Shown: positions 32,397-45,521 of the stretch, piece by piece
How positions within the stretch are numbered: the first letter of the stretch is position 1
Layout: each line of letters starts with the position of its first letter
NCBI RefSeq assembly: GCF_965641715.1
Contig: NZ_OZ282453.1
Length of the DNA: 64,000 bases
Source: Escherichia coli
GTDB lineage: Bacteria; Pseudomonadota; Gammaproteobacteria; Enterobacterales; Enterobacteriaceae
Strand: one strand, 5' to 3'
The notes under the pieces: model-generated
Seen by the model: only the letters and a program-made list of their open reading frames with translations
What the model was told of the DNA's origin: nothing
Database searches by the model: none
Translations under genes and position numbers: made by a program

Positions 32397-33260
32397 ATGG
32401 AGAATGTTATGATCAGGCAGAAGATTTTGCAGCAACTCCTGGAGTGGATTGAGTGCAATCTCGAGCACCCTATCTCAATCGAAGATATCGCACAGAAATC
32501 TGGCTACAGTAGACGCAATATCCAGCTCCTGTTCAGAAACTTCATGCATGTGCCGCTGGGAGAATACATTCGCAAACGAAGACTTTGCCGGGCAGCTATT
32601 CTTGTCCGACTGACAGCGAAATCTATGCTTGATATTGCACTATCTTTGCATTTTGATTCACAGCAGTCATTCAGTCGTGAATTTAAAAAATTATTCGGAT
32701 GCACTCCCCGAGAATACCGGCTCCGTGATTATTGGGATCTGGAAAATATCTTCCCTCCATTTTTAGCACGCCAACATCAAAAAACTGATTGCACATTAAT
32801 CCATTTCCCAGAAACACGTATTTTTGGCAATGCATTTAAATATGATGTTGAAATATCGAATAAATCACCGGATGAAGAAGTTAAACTGCGACGTCATTAT
32901 TTAGCCAGATATATGAAGAATTTTAAGACGGATATCTATTTCGTCTCAACGTTTAAACCATCAACAAAGTCGGTCGATTTACTCACAGTTGAAAGCTTTG
33001 CTGGTACGGTATGTGAACATGCTGACATGCCGAAAGAGTGGACAACGACCCGAGGACTTTATGCCTCTTTCCGTTATGAAGGAAACTGGAAACATTACTC
33101 TGACTGGGTGCGGAACATCTATCTAATAGAGTTGCCTGCAAGAGGGTTAGCCAGAGTGAACGGCAGCGATATTGAGCGCTTTTATTACAATGAAGATTTC
33201 GTAGAAAAGGATTGCAATGATGTTGTTTGCGAAATTTTTATCCCCGTTCGTCCTCTTTAG
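32397..33260 (+). CDS. ykgA: Rob-like AraC-family regulator (N-terminal HTH, C-terminal effector domain)
   Basis: 287 aa; AraC HTH in the first ~110 residues (SFSREFKKLFGCTPREYR); start could instead be ATG at 32409. Confidence 0.75.
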   Translation: MENVMIRQKILQQLLEWIECNLEHPISIEDIAQKSGYSRRNIQLLFRNFMHVPLGEYIRKRRLCRAAILVRLTAKSMLDIALSLHFDSQQSFSREFKKLFGCTPREYRLRDYWDLENIFPPFLARQHQKTDCTLIHFPETRIFGNAFKYDVEISNKSPDEEVKLRRHYLARYMKNFKTDIYFVSTFKPSTKSVDLLTVESFAGTVCEHADMPKEWTTTRGLYASFRYEGNWKHYSDWVRNIYLIELPARGLARVNGSDIERFYYNEDFVEKDCNDVVCEIFIPVRPL

Positions 33261-33288
33261 CCTGTAACTCCATCACATGAGATTTACC

Positions 33289-33364
33289 CTACCCTGCCAC
33301 CGTCTAATCGGTAGCAGGGTAGGTATTCAGTAAATAATGGCGCTGCGCATGTCAACGCCATTAT
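33289..33364. terminator. Two hairpins between convergent ykgA and eaeH (probable bidirectional terminator)
   Basis: stem ctaccctgc/gcagggtag (33289..33322) and perfect 10-bp stem aataatggcg/cgccattatt (33333..33364) with A/T-rich flanks. Confidence 0.5.
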
Positions 33365-33384
33365 TATTTATTACATCGTCGCTT

Positions 33385-36300
33385 TTATTTCTCCTCCGCG
33401 TCTTCAGTCTCTGCAGCAACGGCGTTAATTGTCACCTTCACAGGCGTCATTTCGTACCCGCCATACGTCAGTGCGTTGAATGTGAACGTATAGACACCTG
33501 GCTTGCTGGTACTAAATGTACGCGTGATTTTCCCACCTGAGAAATGGTCAGCCTTCGACGGCAGGAATTGATAATCCTTCTCCGTCACTCCTTCCGGAGC
33601 CTCAATGTCGACCCACATACTTCCTCCTACGGGATTGACTCCCGCCATCAGGGTAACCGTCATTGTTGCAGTAGTCTTCCCGTCCGCCACCAGAGAATCT
33701 ACACGTTCTGGAGATGCGGCGAGCACCGCGTTTTTATCATCCGCGACGAATTTAGATTCAGCAGTTTTCGTCGATACCTGACCGTTGGCCTGTTCCACTT
33801 TCGCCGTGAGTGTATATGTCGCTGCGATAGTGGTAGAGCCGGTGAAAACAGCCTGTCCTTGCTCATTAGTTTTCGCCGTCCCTTTAGGATCCAGAACTAA
33901 ATTTTCCGAGCTGGCAGTCAGCGTCACGTCGCTATCCTTCAACAGGTTGTTATTGGCATCAGTCACCGTAACTTTATACGTTTGTTTGGTTTTGCCATCC
34001 GCCACTGCACGGTTGCCAATCACCTCAATACTGGAGATGGTCGCCGTAGTCTTATCGGCCACAAACGTTACAGACTGCGCATTTGAAGGCTGGTCATTTC
34101 CTGCCGACGCCGTGATCTCATACGTTCCGGCAGTCACGGAGACCACTTTCAGTTCCGCTTTACCCTCCTTGTCGGCGTTCACCATGATATTACCGTCTGC
34201 AAGCGGTTTGACGCCCCGAGGCAGATTAAAGACGACCACAGCGCCAGGCAGAAGGTTGCCGTATTGATCCTTAACCGTTGCCGTCAGCGTAAAGGCATCA
34301 TTGTCGTTTGCCACTTTTGGCGTGCTGCCATCAACCTCCAGGGTCGCCTGACCGGTACTGAAATCCGCCTTGAATTTCACCGTAACCGTCTTCTGAGCAT
34401 TATTCACTGAGGCCGTGATGCTGTGTTCCCCGGCAACCGTTGACATAAGCTCAATGTCCACTTTCCCTGCCGCATTGGTTGTTACTGTATTCCCCGTCTT
34501 GCTGGTCACACCCTGCGGTAAAGTCAGCGTAACTTCTTGCCCCTGCAACGGGTTACCATAGCTGTCCACGACGGTCAGGGTTATCTGGTTAGCAGACTGT
34601 CCATTAGCCAGTTGGTTATTAACCTTCACTGTCATATCACGAATCTCAGCCTTAGATGCGTCACCTGCAACGTTCAGCACCAGTGGCTGAGCAACGGCAT
34701 TTTGGCCGTTCACTCGCGGCATCACAGACAACTGACCCGCGGCAGATCCCAGCGTTAAGGTCGACACGTAGACCCCATTACCTTTCTCTGTCCAGTTTCC
34801 TGCTGAAGGACGCTCACTCCCCGTGCTGGCGGCACCGCTAAACACTGGTGCATCTGGCTTCAGCCCGGTGACCGGGTTCCCGTACGCATCCTTCACGGTG
34901 AAGGTGAGTTCCGTCGTCGTTTTGACGGTCGGAGCCTTATTGTCCGCAACAAGCGTAGAGTTCGCTGATGACATCTCTCCGGCGATGACCGTCAACTGCG
35001 CGGCTTCGGTGGCTGCTGGCTGGCCGTTGAAGAGAGGCATGACGCGAAGCTCGCCCGTCTTTCCACCTGTAGTCAACGTAGCAACATAGGAACCGTTACC
35101 TTTTTCGGTCCAACTGGAAACGGTCGCCCCTTCAGAGGCGGTCCCCGTCAAACTTGCCGACAACGCAAGACCACTGATAGCGTTGCCATGCGCATCTTTC
35201 GCCACCAGCGTCACGGTTGTGCTTTCGCCGGCTTTTACGTGATCTTCTGCGACAGAGACTTTCGACTGGTTTGAAGATAACGCATCAGCCACCACGGTTA
35301 CTTTTGCCGCATTTGCTGCCGCATTCTGTCCATTTAGCTTCGGCATAACTTCTAATTCACCCGCCGTAGAGCCGAGAGTAATCTGCGCAGTCCACGTCCC
35401 ATCACCATTATTTGTCCAGCCCGATGCCGTAGAACCTTCAGCAGCGGCACCCGCTAATGACGGCGCTTCCGGCGTGAGGCTGGTCACAGGGTTGTCATAG
35501 GCATCTTTTACCGTCCAGATTGCCGTAACTGTACCCCCAACCACCGGTTTATCAGGATTCAGGGTGATGGACGAATGTGCTGCATCAAGCGGCCCGGCAA
35601 CAAACTTCAGCGTTTGTTGTAATGTGCCCAGCTGATACTGCTCGCTGAAAGCACGCACAACAACGTTTCCGGCACGGGTCGAAGAAACCGTGGCGCTGTA
35701 AACGCCTGGTTTTATTTCCGAAATGGCACCAACGGTTACACCATTAGTGTCTTGCGGAACAAATCGCAAGCGGCTGGCTTCTCCCGTCACCGGATTACCC
35801 TCGGAGTCCACCGCAGTCAACGTCAACGTATAGGCTTGCTGACCATCAGCAACCACGTCACCTGACGGCTCGTTAGCGCTCAGGGTGGAGTTTGCCACAT
35901 CCATCATCGTGGCCCGCAGTTCTGCAGTGACGGTTTTGCTCATGCCATCAACGCTAACAGTAATCGTTGCCTCACCTGACTGCGTTCCGGTAGTAAAGAC
36001 AGACTGATACACCCCTGCTTCAGTTTCGGTGAACTCACCCAGTGTTGGCTTTGCCTGTGATTTAGTGGCCTTCAGGGAACGAGTCACAATATTTCCAGCC
36101 GGTTTGAAAGTTAGTTCAGTCTTGATCTGATCTTTCATGCCCGTGACTGGCTGGCCCTCGGCGTCGCGCAGAGACAGCACCAGCGGTTTTTGCTCATTAC
36201 CGTTAGCAAGCATTTGAATACGGCTCTGACCGTCAAGCGTTAACGCCGTGCGATCGGCGCTCATACCTGCTCCGGTAATGACCACCTCTGTCTGCACGCG

Positions 36301-37635
36301 TTTTGAGGCATTGTCTTTGTTATCGTAGGCAACCGCAGAAATCGCATAATAATTGTCTTTGCCTGGACGATAAGCCGGGAGCGTTACTTGCCACTGACTA
36401 CCCTGACCGGTAATTTTGCCACCTTCAGCCAGTAATGACGGCGCTTCCCACTGCACATTTTTCAGTCCGTGAGTTGCTTTGCTGACCACAAGCCCCAGGG
36501 AAAGTGTCTGACCGCCCTTGCCTTCAATACGTTCAGGCAGAGCAATACGGATCACTTCAGATTTGCGGTACTCAAGAACGATGTTGTTATTACGCTCAAC
36601 CAGGTCATAGCGGCTGCCTGCCAGCATTCGACGCTCGCGAATGCTGTCTGTATCGAGTTGTTTCTCCAGAGGTTCGCCAATCCGATAATTAACTTCCAGG
36701 CCAAAGCGAGTGTCATTCTCACCACTCTTGCCCTGCTTATGCCCGGCACTCAGGGTCAGAAGAGGTACTGGCGTGTAATTCACTTCAGCGGTAATCGCAT
36801 GTGGATCTTTCTGGCGTTTATCTTTGCCAAACAGCCCGACTTCATCGCCATAATACTGCTCATACATCAGGCTTGCGCCAAGCTGCGGCCAGGCGGGTAA
36901 ATAGCCCTCAGCACGAATATCCCAGCCATTCGCCGGGCGTTCCTGATAATCCTCAACATCCGGCGATTTTTTCCAGCCAGAAGCCCGAATATAACCATTG
37001 GCGCTCAGTTTCAGATAATCGCGCCAGTATTCCGCACCAACACCAATGCGGGTATGACTACGGGATAAATCATGGTCGATAAAGGTGTTCACCCCCGCCA
37101 TCCAGTCATTTCCTGAAAAATGACGCCAGCCAAAACCAATATTTGACTGAGTACGATCGTCTGTACGATGTATTGCTCCCTGAGTGAACAACATATTTGT
37201 TGGCGTATCATAAATCGGATAAAGCATTTCCAGCGAAGAATCCTTCAGCGAGAAATCTTTATCGACATTCAGTTTGACGCGCGCAGTACCGTATTTCCCG
37301 AGCCACTCCTGTATTTCCTGGTTAGCTTTAGCGGTGGCCATTCCGGTAATAAAATTACGTGTCGCATCGCTATCTGGCTGACTGCTTAAAAATGTCCCGG
37401 CATTTGCGGCAAACGACGCGACATTTTTCTCCACGTTATTATCAGCAGTTACCGTAGTATTTCCCATGCTCAACCGTGGCTGAACAGCATGCTGCGCACG
37501 TGCCGCCATTACTGGGGTAAAAGTGACTGCGAGTGGAAAAAGAACCTGAACAGAGATATTTGCCCACGCCACGCAGCGGGCCAGAACTGAATAACGAAAT
37601 CGTGGTTGTTTATGACCTGTTTTATAACGTGACAT
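33385..37635 (-). CDS. eaeH: Intimin/invasin-family inverse-autotransporter adhesin (FdeC/EaeH), full length
   Basis: 1416-aa ORF; N-terminal signal and beta-barrel region, then many ~100-aa bacterial Ig-like repeats. Confidence 0.88.
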   Translation of the reverse strand: MSRYKTGHKQPRFRYSVLARCVAWANISVQVLFPLAVTFTPVMAARAQHAVQPRLSMGNTTVTADNNVEKNVASFAANAGTFLSSQPDSDATRNFITGMATAKANQEIQEWLGKYGTARVKLNVDKDFSLKDSSLEMLYPIYDTPTNMLFTQGAIHRTDDRTQSNIGFGWRHFSGNDWMAGVNTFIDHDLSRSHTRIGVGAEYWRDYLKLSANGYIRASGWKKSPDVEDYQERPANGWDIRAEGYLPAWPQLGASLMYEQYYGDEVGLFGKDKRQKDPHAITAEVNYTPVPLLTLSAGHKQGKSGENDTRFGLEVNYRIGEPLEKQLDTDSIRERRMLAGSRYDLVERNNNIVLEYRKSEVIRIALPERIEGKGGQTLSLGLVVSKATHGLKNVQWEAPSLLAEGGKITGQGSQWQVTLPAYRPGKDNYYAISAVAYDNKDNASKRVQTEVVITGAGMSADRTALTLDGQSRIQMLANGNEQKPLVLSLRDAEGQPVTGMKDQIKTELTFKPAGNIVTRSLKATKSQAKPTLGEFTETEAGVYQSVFTTGTQSGEATITVSVDGMSKTVTAELRATMMDVANSTLSANEPSGDVVADGQQAYTLTLTAVDSEGNPVTGEASRLRFVPQDTNGVTVGAISEIKPGVYSATVSSTRAGNVVVRAFSEQYQLGTLQQTLKFVAGPLDAAHSSITLNPDKPVVGGTVTAIWTVKDAYDNPVTSLTPEAPSLAGAAAEGSTASGWTNNGDGTWTAQITLGSTAGELEVMPKLNGQNAAANAAKVTVVADALSSNQSKVSVAEDHVKAGESTTVTLVAKDAHGNAISGLALSASLTGTASEGATVSSWTEKGNGSYVATLTTGGKTGELRVMPLFNGQPAATEAAQLTVIAGEMSSANSTLVADNKAPTVKTTTELTFTVKDAYGNPVTGLKPDAPVFSGAASTGSERPSAGNWTEKGNGVYVSTLTLGSAAGQLSVMPRVNGQNAVAQPLVLNVAGDASKAEIRDMTVKVNNQLANGQSANQITLTVVDSYGNPLQGQEVTLTLPQGVTSKTGNTVTTNAAGKVDIELMSTVAGEHSITASVNNAQKTVTVKFKADFSTGQATLEVDGSTPKVANDNDAFTLTATVKDQYGNLLPGAVVVFNLPRGVKPLADGNIMVNADKEGKAELKVVSVTAGTYEITASAGNDQPSNAQSVTFVADKTTATISSIEVIGNRAVADGKTKQTYKVTVTDANNNLLKDSDVTLTASSENLVLDPKGTAKTNEQGQAVFTGSTTIAATYTLTAKVEQANGQVSTKTAESKFVADDKNAVLAASPERVDSLVADGKTTATMTVTLMAGVNPVGGSMWVDIEAPEGVTEKDYQFLPSKADHFSGGKITRTFSTSKPGVYTFTFNALTYGGYEMTPVKVTINAVAAETEDAEEK

Positions 37636-38185
37636 TGAGATAATTTCCTGATGAACGAATTAACGAACATAGGCAGACACAAATAATGGCGTCTGCTTGT
37701 CAGAAAAACCGGGGATTTCCCGATTTCCTTTTCCGCAGAAAAGGAAATACCTTTATGTAAGAAAGTGCACCGCCACCTAATATATCCAGTGTCTGTAGCC
37801 ACTCATCAGGTGGTTGGGCGCGGGATTATATTTTTATTTATGGGTGAAAATTTAGCTTTTTGTGCAAGTCATTAAATAGATACCTAAGTTATATTTTTTA
37901 CTCTGCGGACAGTGAATAATTCATTATTCAGAGTGAATAATAATGGCCTGCCTTTAATTAACAACTATTGGAAATACGTCGAAGTAGGTATATACGCCAG
38001 GATAAACCGATATATTTTTTATGGATATTCATTTTCCTTTATCGGACTGTAAATTGCGGGGATATCGAACTTGTACTACTCATCTCAACACTCAAACAGA
38101 TTTATGAATTTCGTTCATAACCCCTGACAAATCCTGCCGTCTAATCGAGCTCTTCTCTTTACGTTATGCTTCTCATGAACGATAA

Positions 38186-41052
<2,867 letters not shown>

Positions 41053-41192
41053 CTATTATTTTAGCCACATTATTAGTAACAATGATAATCTGGCTGTATC
41101 GAAAATAATTCTAAACTTTCAGGAGATTTATTATGAATAAACGTATCCTCACGATTGTGCCATTCTTCTTACCGATATTCTGACACATATCA

Positions 41193-42119
41193 TCAATTTT
41201 CGAGTTTTACTCTTTTCTCCACCATAAAATCAATAAAAGCACGAACTTTAGAGGGCATTCTCACCCGTGATGAAACATAAATATAAAATCCAGGAAATGA
41301 AACAGCCCAATCCTCAAGAATCGGCTGTAACTTGCCCGCATTGATATGTTCAGCGATTGCAAAATCCAGATGTTGAATGATACCCGTTCCATTCAGCGCC
41401 ATTCGTATCATGCTTTCGTCATCATTAGAAATATACTTACCTGAAACCTCTATTTCGAACTCTTCATTACCCCCCACAACATTAGAAAACTCCCATGCAG
41501 AGAGTGCACCGCTACTTTTATGCCGCAACCGAAGGCAATTATGGTTACTCAGTTCCTGAGGCGTTTCAGGAATACCGTGTTCTTTTAAATAATCTGGCGA
41601 TGCCACAGTAACCAGTTTAATAAGCGGAGAAACAGGAACGGCAGTCATATGCTCATCCAGTCCTTGCTCAAGACGTATGCCCACATCACAGCCGTCCGCA
41701 ATAATGTTAGATAAACCGTCATCCATAATGAGTTCTATCTTTGTTTTGGGGTAACGAGTAAGAAACTCGCCAATATGAGGCTCAACAAGCATCCGTGCTG
41801 CAACACGGGAGGAATTTATTCTCAACAGGCCTGTAGGTTCAAGTTGGGTATCACCAACATCTTTCAAAGCATCATCAATTTGCCCCAAAGCCGACACCAG
41901 CACTTCATACAGACGCTGTCCTTCCTCAGTAAGCGACATATTGCGGGTCGTACGGTATATCAGCTTGGTGTTAAGACGTTCCTCAAGAGATTTTAAATTC
42001 TGGGACAATGCGGCCCGCGTAATACCCATTTCAGAAGCGGCTCTGGAAAAACTGCCGGCACGAACAATCAGCGCAAACCAGGCAAGAGAAGGCAAAATTG
42101 AAGGCTCTATTTTCATCAT
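41193..42119 (-). CDS. LysR-family transcriptional regulator
   Basis: HTH FSRAASEMGITRAALSQNLKSLEERL; start assigned to MMKIEP (tool ORF extends to 42182); divergent from the hydrolase gene. Confidence 0.75.
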   Translation of the reverse strand: MMKIEPSILPSLAWFALIVRAGSFSRAASEMGITRAALSQNLKSLEERLNTKLIYRTTRNMSLTEEGQRLYEVLVSALGQIDDALKDVGDTQLEPTGLLRINSSRVAARMLVEPHIGEFLTRYPKTKIELIMDDGLSNIIADGCDVGIRLEQGLDEHMTAVPVSPLIKLVTVASPDYLKEHGIPETPQELSNHNCLRLRHKSSGALSAWEFSNVVGGNEEFEIEVSGKYISNDDESMIRMALNGTGIIQHLDFAIAEHINAGKLQPILEDWAVSFPGFYIYVSSRVRMPSKVRAFIDFMVEKRVKLEN

Positions 42120-42275
42120 TGTAAACCTTAACTTAACACTGTGATAGATATTAGACCATTGATGATAACCAATACAAGTCATACTATTACGCCGTTCTCG
42201 ATATGAACACGAATGCCAGTTGCGGATAATAGAAATGATATTTAAATCTGTTTAGGCAAATCCCCGGAGCTTGAA

Positions 42276-43196
42276 ATGAAAACTGTTTCGATAAAACACA
42301 CTTACTGGGATATAGCTGCTGATATCTATTTCCCTGACGATTTTAATAGTGAAAAAAAGTATCCTGCCATTATCAGCGCCCATCCAATTGGAAGCTGCAA
42401 AGAACAGACATCGGGTAGTGTGTATGGTGCCGCCCTGGCAAAAGCTGGCTTTATCGTCATTGCTTTTGATGCCAGTTTTCAGGGTAGCAGCGGTGGGGAA
42501 CCGCGTTATCAGGAAGATCCAACAATGCGAGTAAAAGACTTCAGCATTGTCGTTGATTACCTTACCAGCTTACCTTACGTTGATGCCGGGCGTATTGGTG
42601 TACTGGGTATTTGTGGTGGAGGTGGATATGCCATTAATGCCGCAATGACAGAACGTCGAATTAAAGCTATTGGTACTGTCACGGGTGCAAACTACGGGCG
42701 TCTTATGCGTGAGGGATTTACAGCGTTTAATCCTATCGGAGCACTCGAAGCAATAGCGCAACAAAGAACAGACGAAGCTAACGGCGCAAAACTTCGCGTA
42801 GATGATTTACTCCCCTCTTCTCCGGATGCAGCTCTTGAAGCGGGATTAACAGAAATAGACCTTTTTGAAGCCACAGAATATTATCGTTCGCCACGAGGCT
42901 GTGCACCTAATGGGGTAAATCGTTCGCTATTCTCACATCAGACTGTTGCCGTGGGTTGGGATGCATTTCATCTTGCAGAAGTGCTGTTAACTCAACCAAT
43001 AATGGTTGTGGTGGGCGATAGAGTGGGCGCATTTGGTGCCTACCGTGACGGCTGCGAAATTATTGGCCGCGCTGCTTCAAAACATAAAGAGCTGGTCGTG
43101 GTTGAAGGTTATTCACATTACGACCTGTATGATAAGCCAGAACCTGTGAAACAGGCACTCGATAAATTAATTCCTTTTTATAAAACACATTTGTAA
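42276..43196 (+). CDS. Alpha/beta-fold hydrolase with Cys nucleophile (dienelactone-hydrolase-like)
   Basis: 306 aa; nucleophile-elbow motif GICGGGG; C-terminal GYSHYDLYD (His region); no signal peptide. Confidence 0.75.
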   Translation: MKTVSIKHTYWDIAADIYFPDDFNSEKKYPAIISAHPIGSCKEQTSGSVYGAALAKAGFIVIAFDASFQGSSGGEPRYQEDPTMRVKDFSIVVDYLTSLPYVDAGRIGVLGICGGGGYAINAAMTERRIKAIGTVTGANYGRLMREGFTAFNPIGALEAIAQQRTDEANGAKLRVDDLLPSSPDAALEAGLTEIDLFEATEYYRSPRGCAPNGVNRSLFSHQTVAVGWDAFHLAEVLLTQPIMVVVGDRVGAFGAYRDGCEIIGRAASKHKELVVVEGYSHYDLYDKPEPVKQALDKLIPFYKTHL

Positions 43197-43440
43197 TAAT
43201 TTTACAGGGAGATTTCTTATCTCCCTTATATTTATCCTTTACTGACTACACAACAATAATAAAATTACTCAAAAAGAAATTTCATTAAAGAAACAAAAAA
43301 GCAGCAACTCAATTATTAAGATTATTAGAAACCCTTTGAAGGGATTATAAATAAAGCCAGAAATCTTGGTTCCAAAGCTGGCAACAACTAACCAGTTAAA
43401 ACATACGCATCAAAATCAGATAAACATTTGAGGTATTGTT

Positions 43441-44583
43441 ATGACAAATAAACACCCATCATTGTTTTCTCCTTTTATGCTGACAGAAAAAATAAAGCTA
43501 CGTAATCGTATCGTTATGGCTCCTATGACGACCTGGTCAGCGAATCCTGATGGAACCATCTCTGAGCAAGAACTCGAATTTTATAAACGCCGCTCACAAA
43601 ATGTTGGTTTAGTAATAACAGGATGTACCTATGTCACGCCAAGCGGCATTGGGTTTACTCATGAATTTGCCGCGTATGACGACCGTTTCATTAACAGCCT
43701 TGAAAAGTTAGCAGCGGCAGCCAAAAGTGGGGGTGCTCCGGCTATTTTGCAGATTTTCCACGCCGGTAATAAAGCCATCCCGGAGCTTGTACCAAATAAC
43801 GATGTTATTAGTGCCAGCGCATCAAGCGTAAAATCTGGTGACTTTATGAAGAGAGTGGTACAAAGCAGGGAAATGACTGAAAACGAAATTCAGGAAACCA
43901 TTAGAGCATTCGGAGATGTCACAAAAAGGGCGATTAAAGCAGGTTTTGATGGCATTGAACTTCATGGTGCGCACGGATTCCTTCTACAGAATTTCTTCTC
44001 CCCTCTATTTAACCAGCGTAATGACCGATGGGGAGGAGATCTCGAAGGACGTATGCGCTTCCCGCTGGCCGTATTACAGGAAGTAAAAAATGTAGTCTAT
44101 GAATATGCGACAAAGCCCTTTGCCATCGGTTACAGAATATCTCCTGAAGAATCTGCAACAGGGGGGCTGCGGATAGAGGATACTTATAAACTCCTTGATC
44201 GGCTCATTTCATCCGGTATTTCGTATATACATACCTCGCTGGTCAGTATTAACGAAAGCTACCCTGTTGAGTCGCCAAATGGCCCCCGAACTATTGAATT
44301 GATTTTAAATCATATTGCAGGCAGAGTGCCGGTAATCGCTGCAGGTAAAATACGCACACCGTCTCAGGCTCAAGAAGCAATTTCCACTGGCCTGCCACTT
44401 GTTGCGATCGGTAAAGGGCTGGTGATAAATCCAGAATGGGTGACTTTAGCTGAATCAGGTAGAGGCCATGAAATTCAAACAACCCTTAATCCACAACTTG
44501 TTCCTGAATTAACCATTCCGGATAAACTATGGGATCAAATTCAGGCATCGAAAGGAACTGGCTGGTTTCCGTTAATGGATTAA
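43441..44583 (+). CDS. NADH:flavin oxidoreductase (Old Yellow Enzyme family)
   Basis: 380 aa; OYE motifs HGAHGFLLQNFFSP and DRWGG. Confidence 0.8.
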   Translation: MTNKHPSLFSPFMLTEKIKLRNRIVMAPMTTWSANPDGTISEQELEFYKRRSQNVGLVITGCTYVTPSGIGFTHEFAAYDDRFINSLEKLAAAAKSGGAPAILQIFHAGNKAIPELVPNNDVISASASSVKSGDFMKRVVQSREMTENEIQETIRAFGDVTKRAIKAGFDGIELHGAHGFLLQNFFSPLFNQRNDRWGGDLEGRMRFPLAVLQEVKNVVYEYATKPFAIGYRISPEESATGGLRIEDTYKLLDRLISSGISYIHTSLVSINESYPVESPNGPRTIELILNHIAGRVPVIAAGKIRTPSQAQEAISTGLPLVAIGKGLVINPEWVTLAESGRGHEIQTTLNPQLVPELTIPDKLWDQIQASKGTGWFPLMD

Positions 44584-45056
44584 ATATCTATTACTCTCCC
44601 GAGAGTAAAACTATCAAATCAATGAGTAACTGATACAGCCTCACAAATTCTTTCAGATAATTAACCCGTCACTGCGGCACGTTCTCTCATAAGGCGTGCC
44701 TGCAGTGTAATCCAGTATGTATCCGGCATAGTTGACGGTTTAATAGAGCTCAATTCCTCGCCCAGGTTACCAACAACGATATCTTGTATAACACCCCAGG
44801 AGATACGACATTATGATGAGATGCGATATGCTCCTCAGCGCCAATCAACGCCAGGACTGGGCCAGTCTTGAGATCAGACTCATTCCCGGAACTGACTTCA
44901 GGCGACATATATCAATGACGTTGGTGCAATAAAAGATAGCCGATGTAATACATCTATTCAAATTTGTGATACATATCAAAAAATTGGTTGACCAAACTCG
45001 TTATTTATATAAGGGCACTTACGAAGTGCGCTCTTTTTTAAAGCGAGGAAGTACCA

Positions 45057-45158
45057 ATGAAAGAGAATAAAGTACAACAAATCAGTCATAAACTGATTAA
45101 TATCGTTGTTTTTGTCGCAATTGTAGAATACGCCTATTTATTTCTCCATTTCTATTAA
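45057..45158 (+). CDS. ykgR: 33-aa small hydrophobic protein (YkgR-like)
   Basis: ATG with GAGG-type RBS (aagcgaggaagtaccaATG); MKENKVQQISHKLINIVVFVAIVEYAYLFLHFY has a single predicted TM helix. Confidence 0.5.
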   Translation: MKENKVQQISHKLINIVVFVAIVEYAYLFLHFY

Positions 45159-45491
45159 TAACGGCAATAAACTGTTCACTTCAGTGATATTTAAAATATG
45201 CATCCTCTCCCTTTTTGTAAGTAATTATTATATCCGTGGGAGAGGAATACACGCTGTCAGGTAATCAATCATACTGCGATAAATCATCGGCCAGTAAAGT
45301 GGAGATAACCTCCATTCTCGAAAAATCCATACTCTCAGCGAAACTATCATCAATCACTCATCCAGGCGTTTATGGGAGCGTCGCCAATGGCTGTTAACAA
45401 TGCCAGAGTTCCCCGTTGAGGAAATTCCACATACCACTAATGGTCACAGGGATTGGGTGTTGAAATGATCCGGATGAGCATGTATCTTTAT

Positions 45492-45513
45492 GGTTATGTT
45501 ATAACATAACAGG
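45492..45513. promoter_or_regulatory. Zur box upstream of ykgM-ykgO
   Basis: perfect 18-bp palindrome gttatgttataacataac, 9 nt upstream of the ykgM ATG, matching the Zur operator core TGTTATA-TATAACA. Confidence 0.8.
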
Positions 45514-45521
45514 CAAAAATG

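Noticed and set aside
33544-37389. Multiple 60-160-aa plus-strand ORFs inside eaeH, and similar antisense ORFs inside betB, betA, paoC, yahF and yahG
   Set aside because: All lie antisense or out-of-frame within long, well-supported genes. No independent start signals or domain-like sequence were seen.
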